Below, piece after piece: positions 17,300-27,760 of a DNA stretch of 64,000 nt; the first letter of the stretch is position 1; each line of letters begins with the position of its first letter. Location of the stretch: the NCBI GenBank assembly GCA_900314555.1, contig OMVQ01000113.1, positions 4,396-68,395 on the forward strand, given 5' to 3'. Origin of the DNA: an uncultured Eubacteriales bacterium. Lineage in GTDB: Bacteria; Bacillota; Clostridia; Lachnospirales; Lachnospiraceae. A model generated the notes under the pieces. It ran no database searches, was not told the DNA's origin, and saw nothing but the letters and a program-made list of their open reading frames with translations. The translations under genes were made by a program, and so were the position numbers.

Positions 17300-18598
17300 C
17301 TATTCAACGATCTGTCCAAATATCGCCATCTTAGACATTGTATCTAATACTCTCTGTTCTGTCTTCTCTTTAATGACATTAATCTCACCTATTACATTAA
17401 CGTCTGAAAGATGTAATACACTACAATTTCTATTAACAAATCTGTTATAGAGTATATTAGCCTTCTCAACATAAGAGCAATCATTTACTTCATCATATTT
17501 TCTGATAATCTCAATATTTCTCTCAATATTCTTATTAGAATCAGGTAATCCGCTTCCCACAAATATAACTTTCTTAGCTACATCAAGAACTGAGAAATTA
17601 ATCTTAGAAATTGCACTCTCCAAGTTAACTATAATGATATCATACTTCTCTAACTCTCCAATTGTCTCATATAACTTTTTGAATCCATTTTCCAAATACA
17701 TAACTAATTCAAATGCACAATCTTCATTATTAATGAAGTCAAAGCCAAATTTCATATCTGTTATTATAGCTTTCTCTAAATCTTCTTTCGTAAGTTCCCC
17801 ATTTGCTGCCTTAGTTAAAATATCACTAAATGGCACATCTGTTCTTGAAACATCGAAAAATCTTCTCATTGTGCTGAACTGTTTGAAATCAAGATATAAA
17901 ATATTAGTGTCACTGTCTGCATTAGCTATACCAAGTGAAATACCTGCTGTCGTGCTGCCCTCACTATTTCCAGCCGAAATAAATGCATACACATCAGGAG
18001 TTCTACGTTTCTCTCTGATTCTTTCTTCCTCGGCTTTTCGCTCTTCTTCTAATCTCTTCTGCTCTTCTTCAGCAGCCTTTCTTTCAGCCTCTAATCTTTC
18101 CTCTTCAGCCTTTCTCTCTGCCTCAAGTCTTTCTTCTTCGGCTTTTCTTCTCTCTTCTTCAGACTTTCTTTCAGCTTCTAATCTTTCTTCTTCGGCTTTT
18201 CTTTCAGCCTCTAATCTTTCTTCTTCGGCCTTTCTCTCTGCCTCTTTCTTCTCAGCTAATAATTTATCATAGTTCTTGCCGATATTATATAACTCATTAG
18301 CAATATCCTTAACTTTCTGATACTTGCATACTACCGGTGTTCCATCTTCCTCTTTAACTGATTTTAATTCTGATAAATATACTACTGCACATTCCTCCGG
18401 TATCTGGGAAATATCGTAGTTAATCATCTTATTAATTGCAAAAACCTTTACTTCGTGTGATTCTATTACTGATAAAACATCTTCTGTACTGTTACATGGA
18501 AATACCTGTAATTTTTTAGAAAATCTTTCACGCAAAGCAACCAATACCCTGTTTTGATAGTTCTGATCCTGATCTAAAATTGCTACCCTGATTTGCAT
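17300..18598 (-). CDS. REC-like / coiled-coil repeat / degenerate ParA-CpaE-like protein
   Basis: N-terminal IRVAILDQD receiver-like strand, (LEAERKAEEER)n repeats, degenerate P-loop SAGNSEGSTT, LYLD strand. Confidence 0.6.
   Translation of the reverse strand: MQIRVAILDQDQNYQNRVLVALRERFSKKLQVFPCNSTEDVLSVIESHEVKVFAINKMINYDISQIPEECAVVYLSELKSVKEEDGTPVVCKYQKVKDIANELYNIGKNYDKLLAEKKEAERKAEEERLEAERKAEEERLEAERKSEEERRKAEEERLEAERKAEEERLEAERKAAEEEQKRLEEERKAEEERIREKRRTPDVYAFISAGNSEGSTTAGISLGIANADSDTNILYLDFKQFSTMRRFFDVSRTDVPFSDILTKAANGELTKEDLEKAIITDMKFGFDFINNEDCAFELVMYLENGFKKLYETIGELEKYDIIIVNLESAISKINFSVLDVAKKVIFVGSGLPDSNKNIERNIEIIRKYDEVNDCSYVEKANILYNRFVNRNCSVLHLSDVNVIGEINVIKEKTEQRVLDTMSKMAIFGQIVE
18033..18250 (-). 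repeat. Imperfect 33-bp coding tandem repeat (LEAERKAEEER)
   Basis: Repeated units such as TCTAATCTTTCTTCTTCGGCTTTTCTTTCAGC on the + strand. Confidence 0.85.
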
Positions 18599-18661
18599 AC
18601 TAGTACCTTTCCTTTTCTTTTATTTTTACACGAAACAACGTCACAAATTCATAATTCTATT

Positions 18662-19555
18662 TTATAAATTCGCCTCTGATATGTCAAGTAATATCTGCCT
18701 TTTTAGTGCGTTTAAATCAGAGAATTTTCTCTCTTCTCTTATGAATTTTATAAACTCAATTTTCACTTCTCTATCATAGATTTCTTCGCTAAAATCTAAT
18801 ATATGAGTTTCGACTACAATTCTTCCGTCATCTTTAACTGTTGGATTAATTCCGACATTAGTAATACTCTTAAAAACCCTTGAATCAATGTGTGTATTCG
18901 TCTTGTATACACCTCTTGGAGGCAGAATTTTATTCTCATCAGGACTTATATTAATAGTTCTGGTATCTATCTTTCTTCCATTCTGTTTTCCAGCTACAAC
19001 CTGTCCTTTTATAAAATAATTATAGCCAAGCATTTTGTTAGACATCTCTATCTTGCCTGCTGTAAGATAGTCCTTTATATTTGAACTGCTGACCTTTTCA
19101 CCATCTGACATAACATCATCTGCAACTATAAGTTCATATCCCGACTCGTCTGCATACTTCTCTAACATATCTACATTTCCACGTCTGTTTCTTCCAAAAC
19201 AGAAATCTCTGCCTGTTACAATTACCTTTGCGCCCATTCTTTTAACTAACACTTCTCTAATAAAATCTTCAGGCTCAATTGCCATAGTTTCTTTATTAAC
19301 AGGATAGAATACAAGATTATCTATACCTAATTCATTACATATATCAATTCTTTCAGCCTTAGTTGTCACACTTGGCAGATGTTTTATTCCTGTCGTATCA
19401 AATGAAAAAAGTACCGTTTCATAACCATATTCTTTCTTTTTCTCATTAATAATGTTAATAAGTCTCTGGTGTCCTAAATGAAATGCATCAAATTTACCTA
19501 ATGTTACTGCCGAATTATTAACACAAATATCCTTTGTCTCATCATAGATATGCAT
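18662..19555 (-). CDS. ribF: Bifunctional riboflavin kinase/FAD synthetase
   Basis: GKFDAFHLGHQ, DFCFG, VSSSNIK, TNVGINPT, ETHILDF. Confidence 0.95.
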   Translation of the reverse strand: MHIYDETKDICVNNSAVTLGKFDAFHLGHQRLINIINEKKKEYGYETVLFSFDTTGIKHLPSVTTKAERIDICNELGIDNLVFYPVNKETMAIEPEDFIREVLVKRMGAKVIVTGRDFCFGRNRRGNVDMLEKYADESGYELIVADDVMSDGEKVSSSNIKDYLTAGKIEMSNKMLGYNYFIKGQVVAGKQNGRKIDTRTINISPDENKILPPRGVYKTNTHIDSRVFKSITNVGINPTVKDDGRIVVETHILDFSEEIYDREVKIEFIKFIREERKFSDLNALKRQILLDISEANL

Positions 19556-19581
19556 ATTCTTTCACACTTTCTCCGTTTCTG
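19556..19581 (-). repeat. Family B terminal remnant supplying the ribF ribosome-binding region
   Basis: ATTCTTTCACACTTTCTCCGTTTCTG matches 57360-57386 with one gap and one mismatch. Confidence 0.55.
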
Positions 19582-19585
19582 AGTA

Positions 19586-20557
19586 TTAAGCCATAAACAT
19601 TTTCTCAGGCTTATATAATCTACTTTCCTTATCTATTTTATATACTGCGTAAAATCGTCCCTCGCAATAGACTCTGTATAACAACTGATTATTGGCATCA
19701 TCTCTGGTTTCATTACGTATCTGAGCTGCAATTCCATCAGTATTATCTGCATCTTTATCTGTTTCCATAAACATTTCAGAAGTTAATACATTTCCATTTA
19801 ATAACAGCTTTTTAAATCTTTCCTTAACATTTAATTTCGGATAATCAAGAATATCCTCTGTTTTAATTAATATTCCCGATGCTTCTAATCTGTCATCTGC
19901 TACAATCTGTTCAATTTCTGAAAGTTTTACGCTGTCTGTAAGCTTAAATATACCTGTCTGAGTTCTTAATAAATATCCCATACAGCCATATACGCCTAGT
20001 TTATCGCCTATATCATTGCATAAGGTTCTTATATATGTTCCCTTGCTGCAATTAACTCTGATTCTTATAACAGGAAGATTTATTTCTAATATGTCAATTC
20101 CATATATATAGATATTTCTTGGTTTTCTCTCTACTTCAATTCCCTCACGCGCTAAATCATATAGCTTTCTGCCATTTACTTTAAGAGCAGAATACATTGG
20201 TGGAATCTGGGCATAATCCCCCTCGAAGCTCTTAATGGCATTAATTATCTCTTCCTCTGATAATTCAATTGCACCATTATATTTCTCTATAACTTCACCT
20301 GTCATATCCTGTGTATCTGTCTTTAAACTGAGAACTAACTCTGCTTCATAAGTTTTTCTCTTTTCCATTATAAGGTCACATAATTTCGTCGCATTTCCTA
20401 TACAAATCGGAAGCACACCCTCCGCCTCCGGATCAAGTGTGCCTGTATGTCCAATTTTTTTAGTTTTTAATATACCTCTTAATTTTGCAACAACATCATG
20501 TGATGTAAAACCTTTTTCTTTATATACGTTGATTACACCATTAATATTATTGTTCAT
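19586..20557 (-). CDS. truB: tRNA pseudouridine(55) synthase
   Basis: KIGHTGTLDP catalytic motif, PPMYSALK, CSKGTYIRTL. Confidence 0.96.
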   Translation of the reverse strand: MNNNINGVINVYKEKGFTSHDVVAKLRGILKTKKIGHTGTLDPEAEGVLPICIGNATKLCDLIMEKRKTYEAELVLSLKTDTQDMTGEVIEKYNGAIELSEEEIINAIKSFEGDYAQIPPMYSALKVNGRKLYDLAREGIEVERKPRNIYIYGIDILEINLPVIRIRVNCSKGTYIRTLCNDIGDKLGVYGCMGYLLRTQTGIFKLTDSVKLSEIEQIVADDRLEASGILIKTEDILDYPKLNVKERFKKLLLNGNVLTSEMFMETDKDADNTDGIAAQIRNETRDDANNQLLYRVYCEGRFYAVYKIDKESRLYKPEKMFMA

Positions 20558-20588
20558 TCTAATCCTCATTTCCTAGCGATTTCTCATA

Positions 20589-21551
20589 CTAGCCTAACTG
20601 TTTCTCTATCTGCTCTGAAATATTATTTATCACATCATATACTGTGCCTTTCATATTAAAGCCTGCTGCTCTTATATGACCACCACCGCCAAAATATGTT
20701 GCAATAGCACTTACGTCTACGATTTCATTTGAACGCAGACTTACTTTGTATTCAAGCTCTCCGACTTCATATAAGAATATTGCACACTCAACACCTTTAG
20801 TAATTCTAAGCTGTTCTACTATTCCATCTAAATCTTTATTAGTAATGTTATAGAAATCAAATTCACTTTTCTTTACTACCGAGAAAATACATTTGCCATC
20901 ATAGAATAATACACTTTCAAGCAAGGCTCTTCCTAGTATCTGGTTCTGGACATAAGTCTTTGTATAGAATGTATTATCAATTATATTGGTAAATGGAATA
21001 CCTTTTTCCATAAGCTTACCAGCAATTGTCATTGTAGCTGCCGATGTATTCGAATACTTAAACACTCCGGAATCGTGAATTATTCCAAGATATAAAGCAC
21101 AAGCCACATCATAATCCACTTTATCCTCGTCTAAAAGTGTGTATACAACTTCACTTGCTGAACTTGCCTTAGGAAATACAATGTTATCCATCGCAAATTC
21201 TGTATTGCTTATATGATGGTCTATACATAATGTCTTTTTAGCATTATTAAAATATGGTTCAAACTCACCTAATCTGTCAATGTCACTTGAATCTAATGAG
21301 ATGAATAAATCATATTCTTTGTCTCCATCATAACTGTTCTTAATCTCATCACTATATTTAAGAAATTTGAACTTATCCGGAATAGGTTCTAAATATAAAT
21401 CAACTTTAATATCACTATACTGGTGTTTCAGATATGTATAAAGCCCCATACATGACCCGACGCAATCACCGTCAGGTCTTATATGTCCGCCCATACCTAT
21501 CGTTTTCACATTTTCTAAATAGTCAGATATTTTATTCTGTTTCAATATCAT
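20589..21551 (-). CDS. nrnA: DHH/DHHA1 bifunctional oligoribonuclease / pAp phosphatase
   Basis: HIRPDGDC, IDHH, GGGGHIRAAG; typical position between rbfA and truB. Confidence 0.88.
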   Translation of the reverse strand: MILKQNKISDYLENVKTIGMGGHIRPDGDCVGSCMGLYTYLKHQYSDIKVDLYLEPIPDKFKFLKYSDEIKNSYDGDKEYDLFISLDSSDIDRLGEFEPYFNNAKKTLCIDHHISNTEFAMDNIVFPKASSASEVVYTLLDEDKVDYDVACALYLGIIHDSGVFKYSNTSAATMTIAGKLMEKGIPFTNIIDNTFYTKTYVQNQILGRALLESVLFYDGKCIFSVVKKSEFDFYNITNKDLDGIVEQLRITKGVECAIFLYEVGELEYKVSLRSNEIVDVSAIATYFGGGGHIRAAGFNMKGTVYDVINNISEQIEKQLG

Positions 21552-21924
21552 TTTCCTCACCGTCATCTTTAATATCCTTATTTACTTCATCTATAAACTT
21601 AGACATATTGACACCATATTCAATTGACTGGTCAATAATAAAAATAATTTCAGGTGTATTTCTTAGATTAATTGTATGTGCAAGTTCTCTTCTTATATAG
21701 CCCTCTGCACTTCTTAATCCCTCTAATGTGCTTTTCTGTGACTCTTCATCACCTAATACACTTATATATGCTTTACACTGTTTTAAATCAGGTGAAACCT
21801 CCACAGACACAACACTTGTCATAGGATTAATTCTTGGATCTTTAATCTCACCTCTTATTATATTGCTAAGTTCACGCATTACTTCGCCATTAATACGAGT
21901 ATTTTTTATGCTGTTTTTTCTCAT
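21532..21924 (-). CDS. rbfA: 30S ribosome-binding factor A
   Basis: IKDPRI, VSPDLKQCKAYIS, LRNTPEI motifs. Confidence 0.96.
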   Translation of the reverse strand: MRKNSIKNTRINGEVMRELSNIIRGEIKDPRINPMTSVVSVEVSPDLKQCKAYISVLGDEESQKSTLEGLRSAEGYIRRELAHTINLRNTPEIIFIIDQSIEYGVNMSKFIDEVNKDIKDDGEENDIETE

Positions 21925-21949
21925 AGACAAAACCCTGCCTTTCTATAAT

Positions 21950-24526
21950 CTATCTTGGCACTTCCTGCATAATGTATGCTTCTACGATGTCGCCCTCTTT
22001 TACATCATTGAATTTCTCAAATACAAGACCACATTCATAGTTAGATTTCACTTCTTTTACATCATCTTTAAATCTCTTAAGTGATGCTAACGCACCCTCG
22101 AATATCTGCTCGCCTTCTCTTGTAATTCTTACGCTGCAGCCTCTCTGGAATACACCGTCAAGTACATAAGAACCTGCGATTGTTCCAACACCTGAAGCTT
22201 TAAATAACTGTCTTACCTCTGCATGACCGATTACTTTCTCTTCAAATACAGGATCTAACATACCTTTCATTGCTGCTTCCACATCTGCAATAGCCTGATA
22301 AATAACTCTGTATAATCTTAAGTCAACTTTTTCTCTTTCAGCTATCTCTTTAGCAAGATTATCTGGTCTTACGTTAAAGCCGATTATAATTGCATTTGAT
22401 GCAGATGCTAAGATAACGTCTGATTCGTTAATTGCACCGACACCGGCATGGATAACTTTAACTACAACTTCATCATTAGATAATTTTGTAAGACTGTTCT
22501 TAACTGCTTCAACAGAACCCTGAACATCAGCTTTGACAATTAAGTCTAACTCTTTAAGTTCGCCTTCCTGTATCTGGTTAAATAAGTCATCTAATGACAT
22601 CTTTGCTTTAGCTTTAGAACCCTCAAGAAGTTTTTCTCTTCCGTCTTTGATAAATGTTTCAGCAAAGTTTCTTGCCTCTTTATCATTTTCTGTTGCCACA
22701 AATACTTCACCTGCATTTGGAACACCATTAAGTCCTAAGATTTCAACAGGAGTTGATGGAGTAGCTGTATTAACTCTCATTCTCTTATCATTAACCATTG
22801 CACGTACTTTACCATAGAACGAACCTGCTGCAATTGCATCACCTACATGTAATGTACCTTTCTGTACTAATACTGTAGCGACAGGACCACGTCCCTTATC
22901 AAGCTGTGCTTCTATTACAAGACCTCTTGCCTTTCTGTCAGGATTAGCCTTAAGTTCGCATACCTCTGCTTCAAGAAGAATCATCTCAAGAAGTGTATCG
23001 ATACCTTCTTTAGTATGTGCAGATACAGGAACAAATATTGTATCTCCACCCCAGTCCTCAGCAACTAATTCATATTCTGCTAATTCCTGTTTAACTTTAT
23101 CTATGTTAGCGCTTGGCTTATCAATCTTATTAACTGCAACGATGATGCTTATTCCTGCTGCCTTCGCGTGGTTAATAGCCTCTACTGTCTGTGGCATTAC
23201 ACCATCATCTGCTGCAACTACTAATATAGCTATATCTGTTGACTGTGCACCTCTCATACGCATTGCTGTAAATGCTTCATGTCCCGGTGTATCTAAGAAT
23301 GTAATCTGTTCGCCATTAACCGTTACTGTGTATGCACCAATATGCTGTGTAATTCCACCGGCTTCTTTAGCTATGACATTTGTCTGTCTGATTGCATCAA
23401 GAAGTGATGTTTTACCATGGTCAACGTGGCCCATAACACATACAACAGGTGGTCTCTTTACTAACTTGCTTTCATCTTCTTCATCTTCTCTTAACAATTC
23501 TTCGATGATATCAACTTTTTCTTCCTGCTCTGCAATAATATCATATTCTAATGCTATCTCCTGAGCTGTATCAAAATCAATTTCCTGATTAATTGTAACA
23601 ATCTGTCCCTGCATAAATAATTTCTTAACAAGTGCAGATGGCTGAATCTTCATCTTATCAGCAAGTTCTTTGATTGTAAGTGTCTCTGGAAGAATAATCT
23701 CTTTGATTGTCTCTTCTTCTTTCACAGGCTGCTGTTTAACAGGCTGTGAATTGTTATTCTTTCCATTATTTTTACCATATGAATTATTGTTATTCTGGTT
23801 ATTATTTCTGTTGTTACGGTTATTCTGATTATTTCCGTTATTACGGTTATTACCATTATTCTTATTGTTCTGGTTGTTTCCGTTATTATTTCTATTCTGA
23901 TTATTATTTCTGTTATTCTGATTGCCGTTCTGGTTATTATTCTGATTGTTTACATTATTGGAATTTCCACCATTGTTCTTATTCTTCTGGTTATTTCCAT
24001 TATTCTTATTGTTCTGGTTGTTTCCGTTATTATTTCTATTCTGATTATTAGAATTAAAGTCATTTTTCTTATTCTGACCGTTGTTCTTTTTCTTTCCTGC
24101 ATCAGAATTATTTGCACTGTTCTGTGGGTTATACACCTGGGTTATATGTGCTTTTTTACCATCATTATTATCTTTTGATGCATTTTTCTTATCTGTATTT
24201 GATGCTTCTTTTGAAACATTCTTCTCATCATTTACTGCTTCTTTTACTTCTTTTTTCTTATCTGCCTGTTCATTAACGGATTTTTTATCTGTTTCTTTAT
24301 TCTCTACCTTATTATCAGGTTTCTTATCCGCTTTAACATTTCCTGATTTCTCGCCACCTTTACCATTCAATGCACTTACAGCCTTTCTGGCTCTGTCAGC
24401 CTCTTCCTCTGTAATTGAACTTGTGTGACTTTTTACTTCTATTCCATTATCTGCTAAAATCTGCTTTAATACCTTATTATCTAAGCCAAGCTGTTTAGCA
24501 AGTTCATATACTCTAATATTTGCCAT
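21950..24526 (-). CDS. infB: Translation initiation factor IF-2 with Asn-rich N-terminal region
   Basis: [26 protein letters not shown]; start ATG 24526 behind GGAGG. Confidence 0.98.
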   Translation of the reverse strand: MANIRVYELAKQLGLDNKVLKQILADNGIEVKSHTSSITEEEADRARKAVSALNGKGGEKSGNVKADKKPDNKVENKETDKKSVNEQADKKKEVKEAVNDEKNVSKEASNTDKKNASKDNNDGKKAHITQVYNPQNSANNSDAGKKKNNGQNKKNDFNSNNQNRNNNGNNQNNKNNGNNQKNKNNGGNSNNVNNQNNNQNGNQNNRNNNQNRNNNGNNQNNKNNGNNRNNGNNQNNRNNRNNNQNNNNSYGKNNGKNNNSQPVKQQPVKEEETIKEIILPETLTIKELADKMKIQPSALVKKLFMQGQIVTINQEIDFDTAQEIALEYDIIAEQEEKVDIIEELLREDEEDESKLVKRPPVVCVMGHVDHGKTSLLDAIRQTNVIAKEAGGITQHIGAYTVTVNGEQITFLDTPGHEAFTAMRMRGAQSTDIAILVVAADDGVMPQTVEAINHAKAAGISIIVAVNKIDKPSANIDKVKQELAEYELVAEDWGGDTIFVPVSAHTKEGIDTLLEMILLEAEVCELKANPDRKARGLVIEAQLDKGRGPVATVLVQKGTLHVGDAIAAGSFYGKVRAMVNDKRMRVNTATPSTPVEILGLNGVPNAGEVFVATENDKEARNFAETFIKDGREKLLEGSKAKAKMSLDDLFNQIQEGELKELDLIVKADVQGSVEAVKNSLTKLSNDEVVVKVIHAGVGAINESDVILASASNAIIIGFNVRPDNLAKEIAEREKVDLRLYRVIYQAIADVEAAMKGMLDPVFEEKVIGHAEVRQLFKASGVGTIAGSYVLDGVFQRGCSVRITREGEQIFEGALASLKRFKDDVKEVKSNYECGLVFEKFNDVKEGDIVEAYIMQEVPR
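23853..24050 (-). repeat. Exact 54-bp direct repeat within the Asn-rich IF2 region
   Basis: 23853-23906 identical to 23997-24050 (encoding [18 protein letters not shown]). Confidence 0.9.
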
Positions 24527-24539
24527 TCTTCTACCTCCG

Positions 24540-24851
24540 TTAATTTTGTTCTGCATTTATTTTGTTCACGATCGCTTTTGAAAATCCTTCATCTAACAGC
24601 GCTAAAGATGCTCTTGTCTCTTTACCCATCGCATTACCTAATAATTCTTTATTTCCATAGAAATATATTGGTACTTTATAAAATGTGCACATATTCGTAA
24701 ACATCTTCTTAGTATTATCTGATGCATCATCTGCCACGATAACTAAATACGCTTTATTAGACTTCACCATTTTTTCAACTGAAAATTCTCCGCTTGCTAC
24801 TTTACCTGCCTTTGTAGCCAGGCCAATCATTGATAACACTTTGTTTTGCAA
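24540..24851 (-). CDS. ylxQ: L7Ae/L30e-like RNA-binding protein
   Basis: [29 protein letters not shown]; nusA operon position. Confidence 0.9.
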   Translation of the reverse strand: MQNKVLSMIGLATKAGKVASGEFSVEKMVKSNKAYLVIVADDASDNTKKMFTNMCTFYKVPIYFYGNKELLGNAMGKETRASLALLDEGFSKAIVNKINAEQN

Positions 24852-24909
24852 TGCCCTGTACTTCCTTTCTGTATGAATTCTCCGTATAAACTTTGTAACA
24901 TATATTTAA

Positions 24910-25170
24910 TTATATGCTTCCTCTTAACAAGTCATATACATAATCATCAATCTTCATTTTGAATGAGCGCTCAAGGCCATGGTTTTTAATGCTTTTTTCT
25001 AAACATTCCCTAGAAGAACATATATATGCACCTCTGCCATTTTTCTTGCCTGTTTTATCAATAATAATTTCATTCTCTGCTGTTTTAAGTACTCGTATCA
25101 GTTCTTTCTTAGGTTTCATCTCACCGCAACCTACGCACTGACGCATTGGAACTTTCTTTGTAAAACTCAT
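24910..25170 (-). CDS. ylxR: YlxR/RnpM family RNA-binding protein
   Basis: PMRQCVGC, KELIRV, GRGAYIC. Confidence 0.93.
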   Translation of the reverse strand: MSFTKKVPMRQCVGCGEMKPKKELIRVLKTAENEIIIDKTGKKNGRGAYICSSRECLEKSIKNHGLERSFKMKIDDYVYDLLRGSI

Positions 25171-25184
25171 ATATACACCTACTT

Positions 25185-26282
25185 TTATTCTTCGCTAATA
25201 TCTTCTGTTACTTCTGAATTCTCGTTCTGCTCCTCAGCTTCTTTAGCAGCTTTTGCCTGGCTTTCACTCTTAATATCAATCTTAAAGCCTGTGAGTTTCG
25301 CAGCAAGTCTTGCATTAATTCCCTCTTTACCTATTGCAAGTGATAACTGGTAATCAGGTACGATAACTGATGCTGTCTTTGCTTCATCATCTGCAACTAC
25401 TGAAATAACTTTTGCAGGACTAAGTGCATTCTCAACATAGTTAGCTGCATTCTCGCTATAAGGTACTATATCTACCTTTTCACCTCTTAATTCATTAACG
25501 ATTGCATTAACTCTTGCTCCGTTAACACCTACGCATGCTCCTAATGGATCTACGTTCTTATTATTAGATTTAACTGTAATCTTACTTCTTACACCAGGTT
25601 CTCTTGAAACACTTACGATTTCAACTGTACCGTCTCTGATTTCTGCAACTTCTGCTTCAAATAAACGTTTTACAAGGTCAGGATGTGTTCTTGATACACA
25701 GATTTTTGGTCCCTTTGGTGTCTCCTTAACTTCAGTAATGTATAATTTAATACGTTCTGTTGGCATAAATTTCTCTGTCTTAACCTGTTCTGATTCAAGA
25801 AGTACGGCATCAGCCTTACCTAAATTAATACTAATATTCTTACCATTTATTCTCTGTACAATACCTGTTACGATATCCTTTTCCTTAGCATAATACTGGT
25901 CATATACTACTTTTCTTTCTTCTTCTCTTATCTTCTGTAAGATAACGTTCTTCGCATTCTGTGTTGCAATTCTTCCGAATTCTTTAGAATTAACATCAAC
26001 TTTAATCTCATCACCGACTTCGCTGTTTATATCTATCTCTTTTGCTTTAGCTAATGAAATCTCACATGATGGGTCTTCAACTTCTTCTACAACTTTCTTA
26101 GTTGCAATAATCTTGAAATCTCCTGTTTCTCTGTCTACAGTAGCTTCTACATTATCACATTTACCATAATGGTTCTTATAAGCCATTAATAATGAATTCT
26201 CAATAGCTTCAAAAAGCACTTCTTTATTAATGTCTTTCTCCTTTTCTAATATTTCTAATGATTCAATTAATTCTCTGTTCAT
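25185..26282 (-). CDS. nusA: Transcription termination/antitermination factor NusA
   Basis: FGRIATQNAK, SREPGVRSK, CVGVNGARV, SLAIGKEGINARLA. Confidence 0.97.
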   Translation of the reverse strand: MNRELIESLEILEKEKDINKEVLFEAIENSLLMAYKNHYGKCDNVEATVDRETGDFKIIATKKVVEEVEDPSCEISLAKAKEIDINSEVGDEIKVDVNSKEFGRIATQNAKNVILQKIREEERKVVYDQYYAKEKDIVTGIVQRINGKNISINLGKADAVLLESEQVKTEKFMPTERIKLYITEVKETPKGPKICVSRTHPDLVKRLFEAEVAEIRDGTVEIVSVSREPGVRSKITVKSNNKNVDPLGACVGVNGARVNAIVNELRGEKVDIVPYSENAANYVENALSPAKVISVVADDEAKTASVIVPDYQLSLAIGKEGINARLAAKLTGFKIDIKSESQAKAAKEAEEQNENSEVTEDISEE

Positions 26283-26392
26283 TTCTATCAATCTCCTTTT
26301 CTATATTTAATAAATTCATATGCATTTCCATACTTATATCTATATTCAGAATATACTAGCAAAAAATAATCAGATATTTTATAACTGCATAA

Positions 26393-26857
26393 TTAAAAAT
26401 CTAATGCAAGTCTTACAAGTGCTATTTCGCTTCTTTTAAATGTAATCTCTTCATCATTATCTTCAATTACTATCTCTTCTTTATTATATGATTTTAGAAA
26501 ACCTCTGTAATCCTTAGTACCATCTTTCATTCTGTAAAGTTTTATCTCTACATCTTCACCTAAGCTTCTCTCAAAATCTTTATCTTTCTTAAGTGGTCTG
26601 CCAAGTCCCGGCGAGCTTACTTCTAATATATATGCATCATCGATAAAATCTTCCTCATCGAGCTTATCGCTTAATGCCCTGCTTATTAATTCACAGTCAT
26701 CAACATTTATTCCACCCGGTTTATCGATATAAACTCTTAAGTACCAGTTACTTCCCTCTTTAACATATTCAACGTCTACTAATTCGAAGTTGTTCTGCTC
26801 AATAAGAGGCGTAACTAACTCTTCAGTCTTTGATTCGTATAAATCTCTTTTTGACAT
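26393..26857 (-). CDS. rimP: Ribosome maturation factor RimP
   Basis: LRVYIDK, DDCELIS, YILEVSSPGLGRPL. Confidence 0.96.
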   Translation of the reverse strand: MSKRDLYESKTEELVTPLIEQNNFELVDVEYVKEGSNWYLRVYIDKPGGINVDDCELISRALSDKLDEEDFIDDAYILEVSSPGLGRPLKKDKDFERSLGEDVEIKLYRMKDGTKDYRGFLKSYNKEEIVIEDNDEEITFKRSEIALVRLALDF

Positions 26858-26896
26858 ATTCTTTAATCACTCCTTAATTTTTTGCCTTTACAAACA

Positions 26897-26928
26897 TTAG
26901 AGAGTGGACTTGCTTGCCCACTCTCTAA
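26897..26928 (-). promoter_or_regulatory. rimP leader hairpin (attenuator-like)
   Basis: TTAGAGAGTGG / CCACTCTCTAA 11-bp stem between the promoter and rimP; resembles the described rimP-leader. Confidence 0.65.
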
Positions 26929-26953
26929 ACATAATTCACTATATCATATATAG

Positions 26954-26982
26954 AGTATATCACTATACCTATAATAATGCAA
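26954..26982 (-). promoter_or_regulatory. Sigma-A promoter of the rimP-nusA-infB operon
   Basis: TTGCAT-N17-TATACT. Confidence 0.6.
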
Positions 26983-27055
26983 GTAATTTTTACCCTGTTT
27001 TCATCCTCCATACTTTCTCCATGCTTTCAACTGGCTTTAAAACCACTATAACCTA

Positions 27056-27760
27056 CTAAATATTATCATGTTTTTTCAACAAATCAGGGCGTCTTTCCTT
27101 AGTCCGCTTAAGAGATTCTGCTTCTCTCCACTCATTTACTTTCTTATGGTCACCTGATAACAGCACATCAGGAACACGTTTCCCCATAAATTCAACCGGT
27201 CTTGTATACTGCGGATATTCTAATTTATCTTCTGCAAATGACTCATATTTAGCAGATTCATCATTATTAAGAACTCCATCCACTAATCTTGATATTGTAT
27301 CAACCATAACCATTGCCGGAAGTTCTCCACCTGTCAGGACATAGTCACCTATTGAAACGTTATCAGTTACTATCATTTCTAAAACTCTTTCATCGATTCC
27401 CTCATAATGTCCACATAAGAATACTAAATCTTCTTCTTCGGATAATTGTTCTGCCATTCTCTGGTTAAACACGTCACCCTGCGGGGTCATATATATAACT
27501 CTTGGTTTCGTATCTGTTACCTGACTAATTTTCTCTTCTATTGATTTATATGATAAATATACCGGTTCCGCCTGCATAACCATACCTGCACCACCGCCAT
27601 AAGGATAATCATCTACCTTATGATGCTTATTAGTCGCAAAATCTCTTATATTTACAACATTTAACTCTATATTACCATTTTTAATGGCACGACCGATTAT
27701 GCTTGTATTTAAACAATCCTCAACCATCTCAGGAAATAATGTTAATATGTGAAATCTCAT
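27056..27760 (-). CDS. trmD: tRNA (guanine-N1)-methyltransferase
   Basis: VDDYPYGGGAGM, CGHYEGIDER, SIGDYVLTGGE, LEYPQYTRP. Confidence 0.97.
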   Translation of the reverse strand: MRFHILTLFPEMVEDCLNTSIIGRAIKNGNIELNVVNIRDFATNKHHKVDDYPYGGGAGMVMQAEPVYLSYKSIEEKISQVTDTKPRVIYMTPQGDVFNQRMAEQLSEEEDLVFLCGHYEGIDERVLEMIVTDNVSIGDYVLTGGELPAMVMVDTISRLVDGVLNNDESAKYESFAEDKLEYPQYTRPVEFMGKRVPDVLLSGDHKKVNEWREAESLKRTKERRPDLLKKHDNI

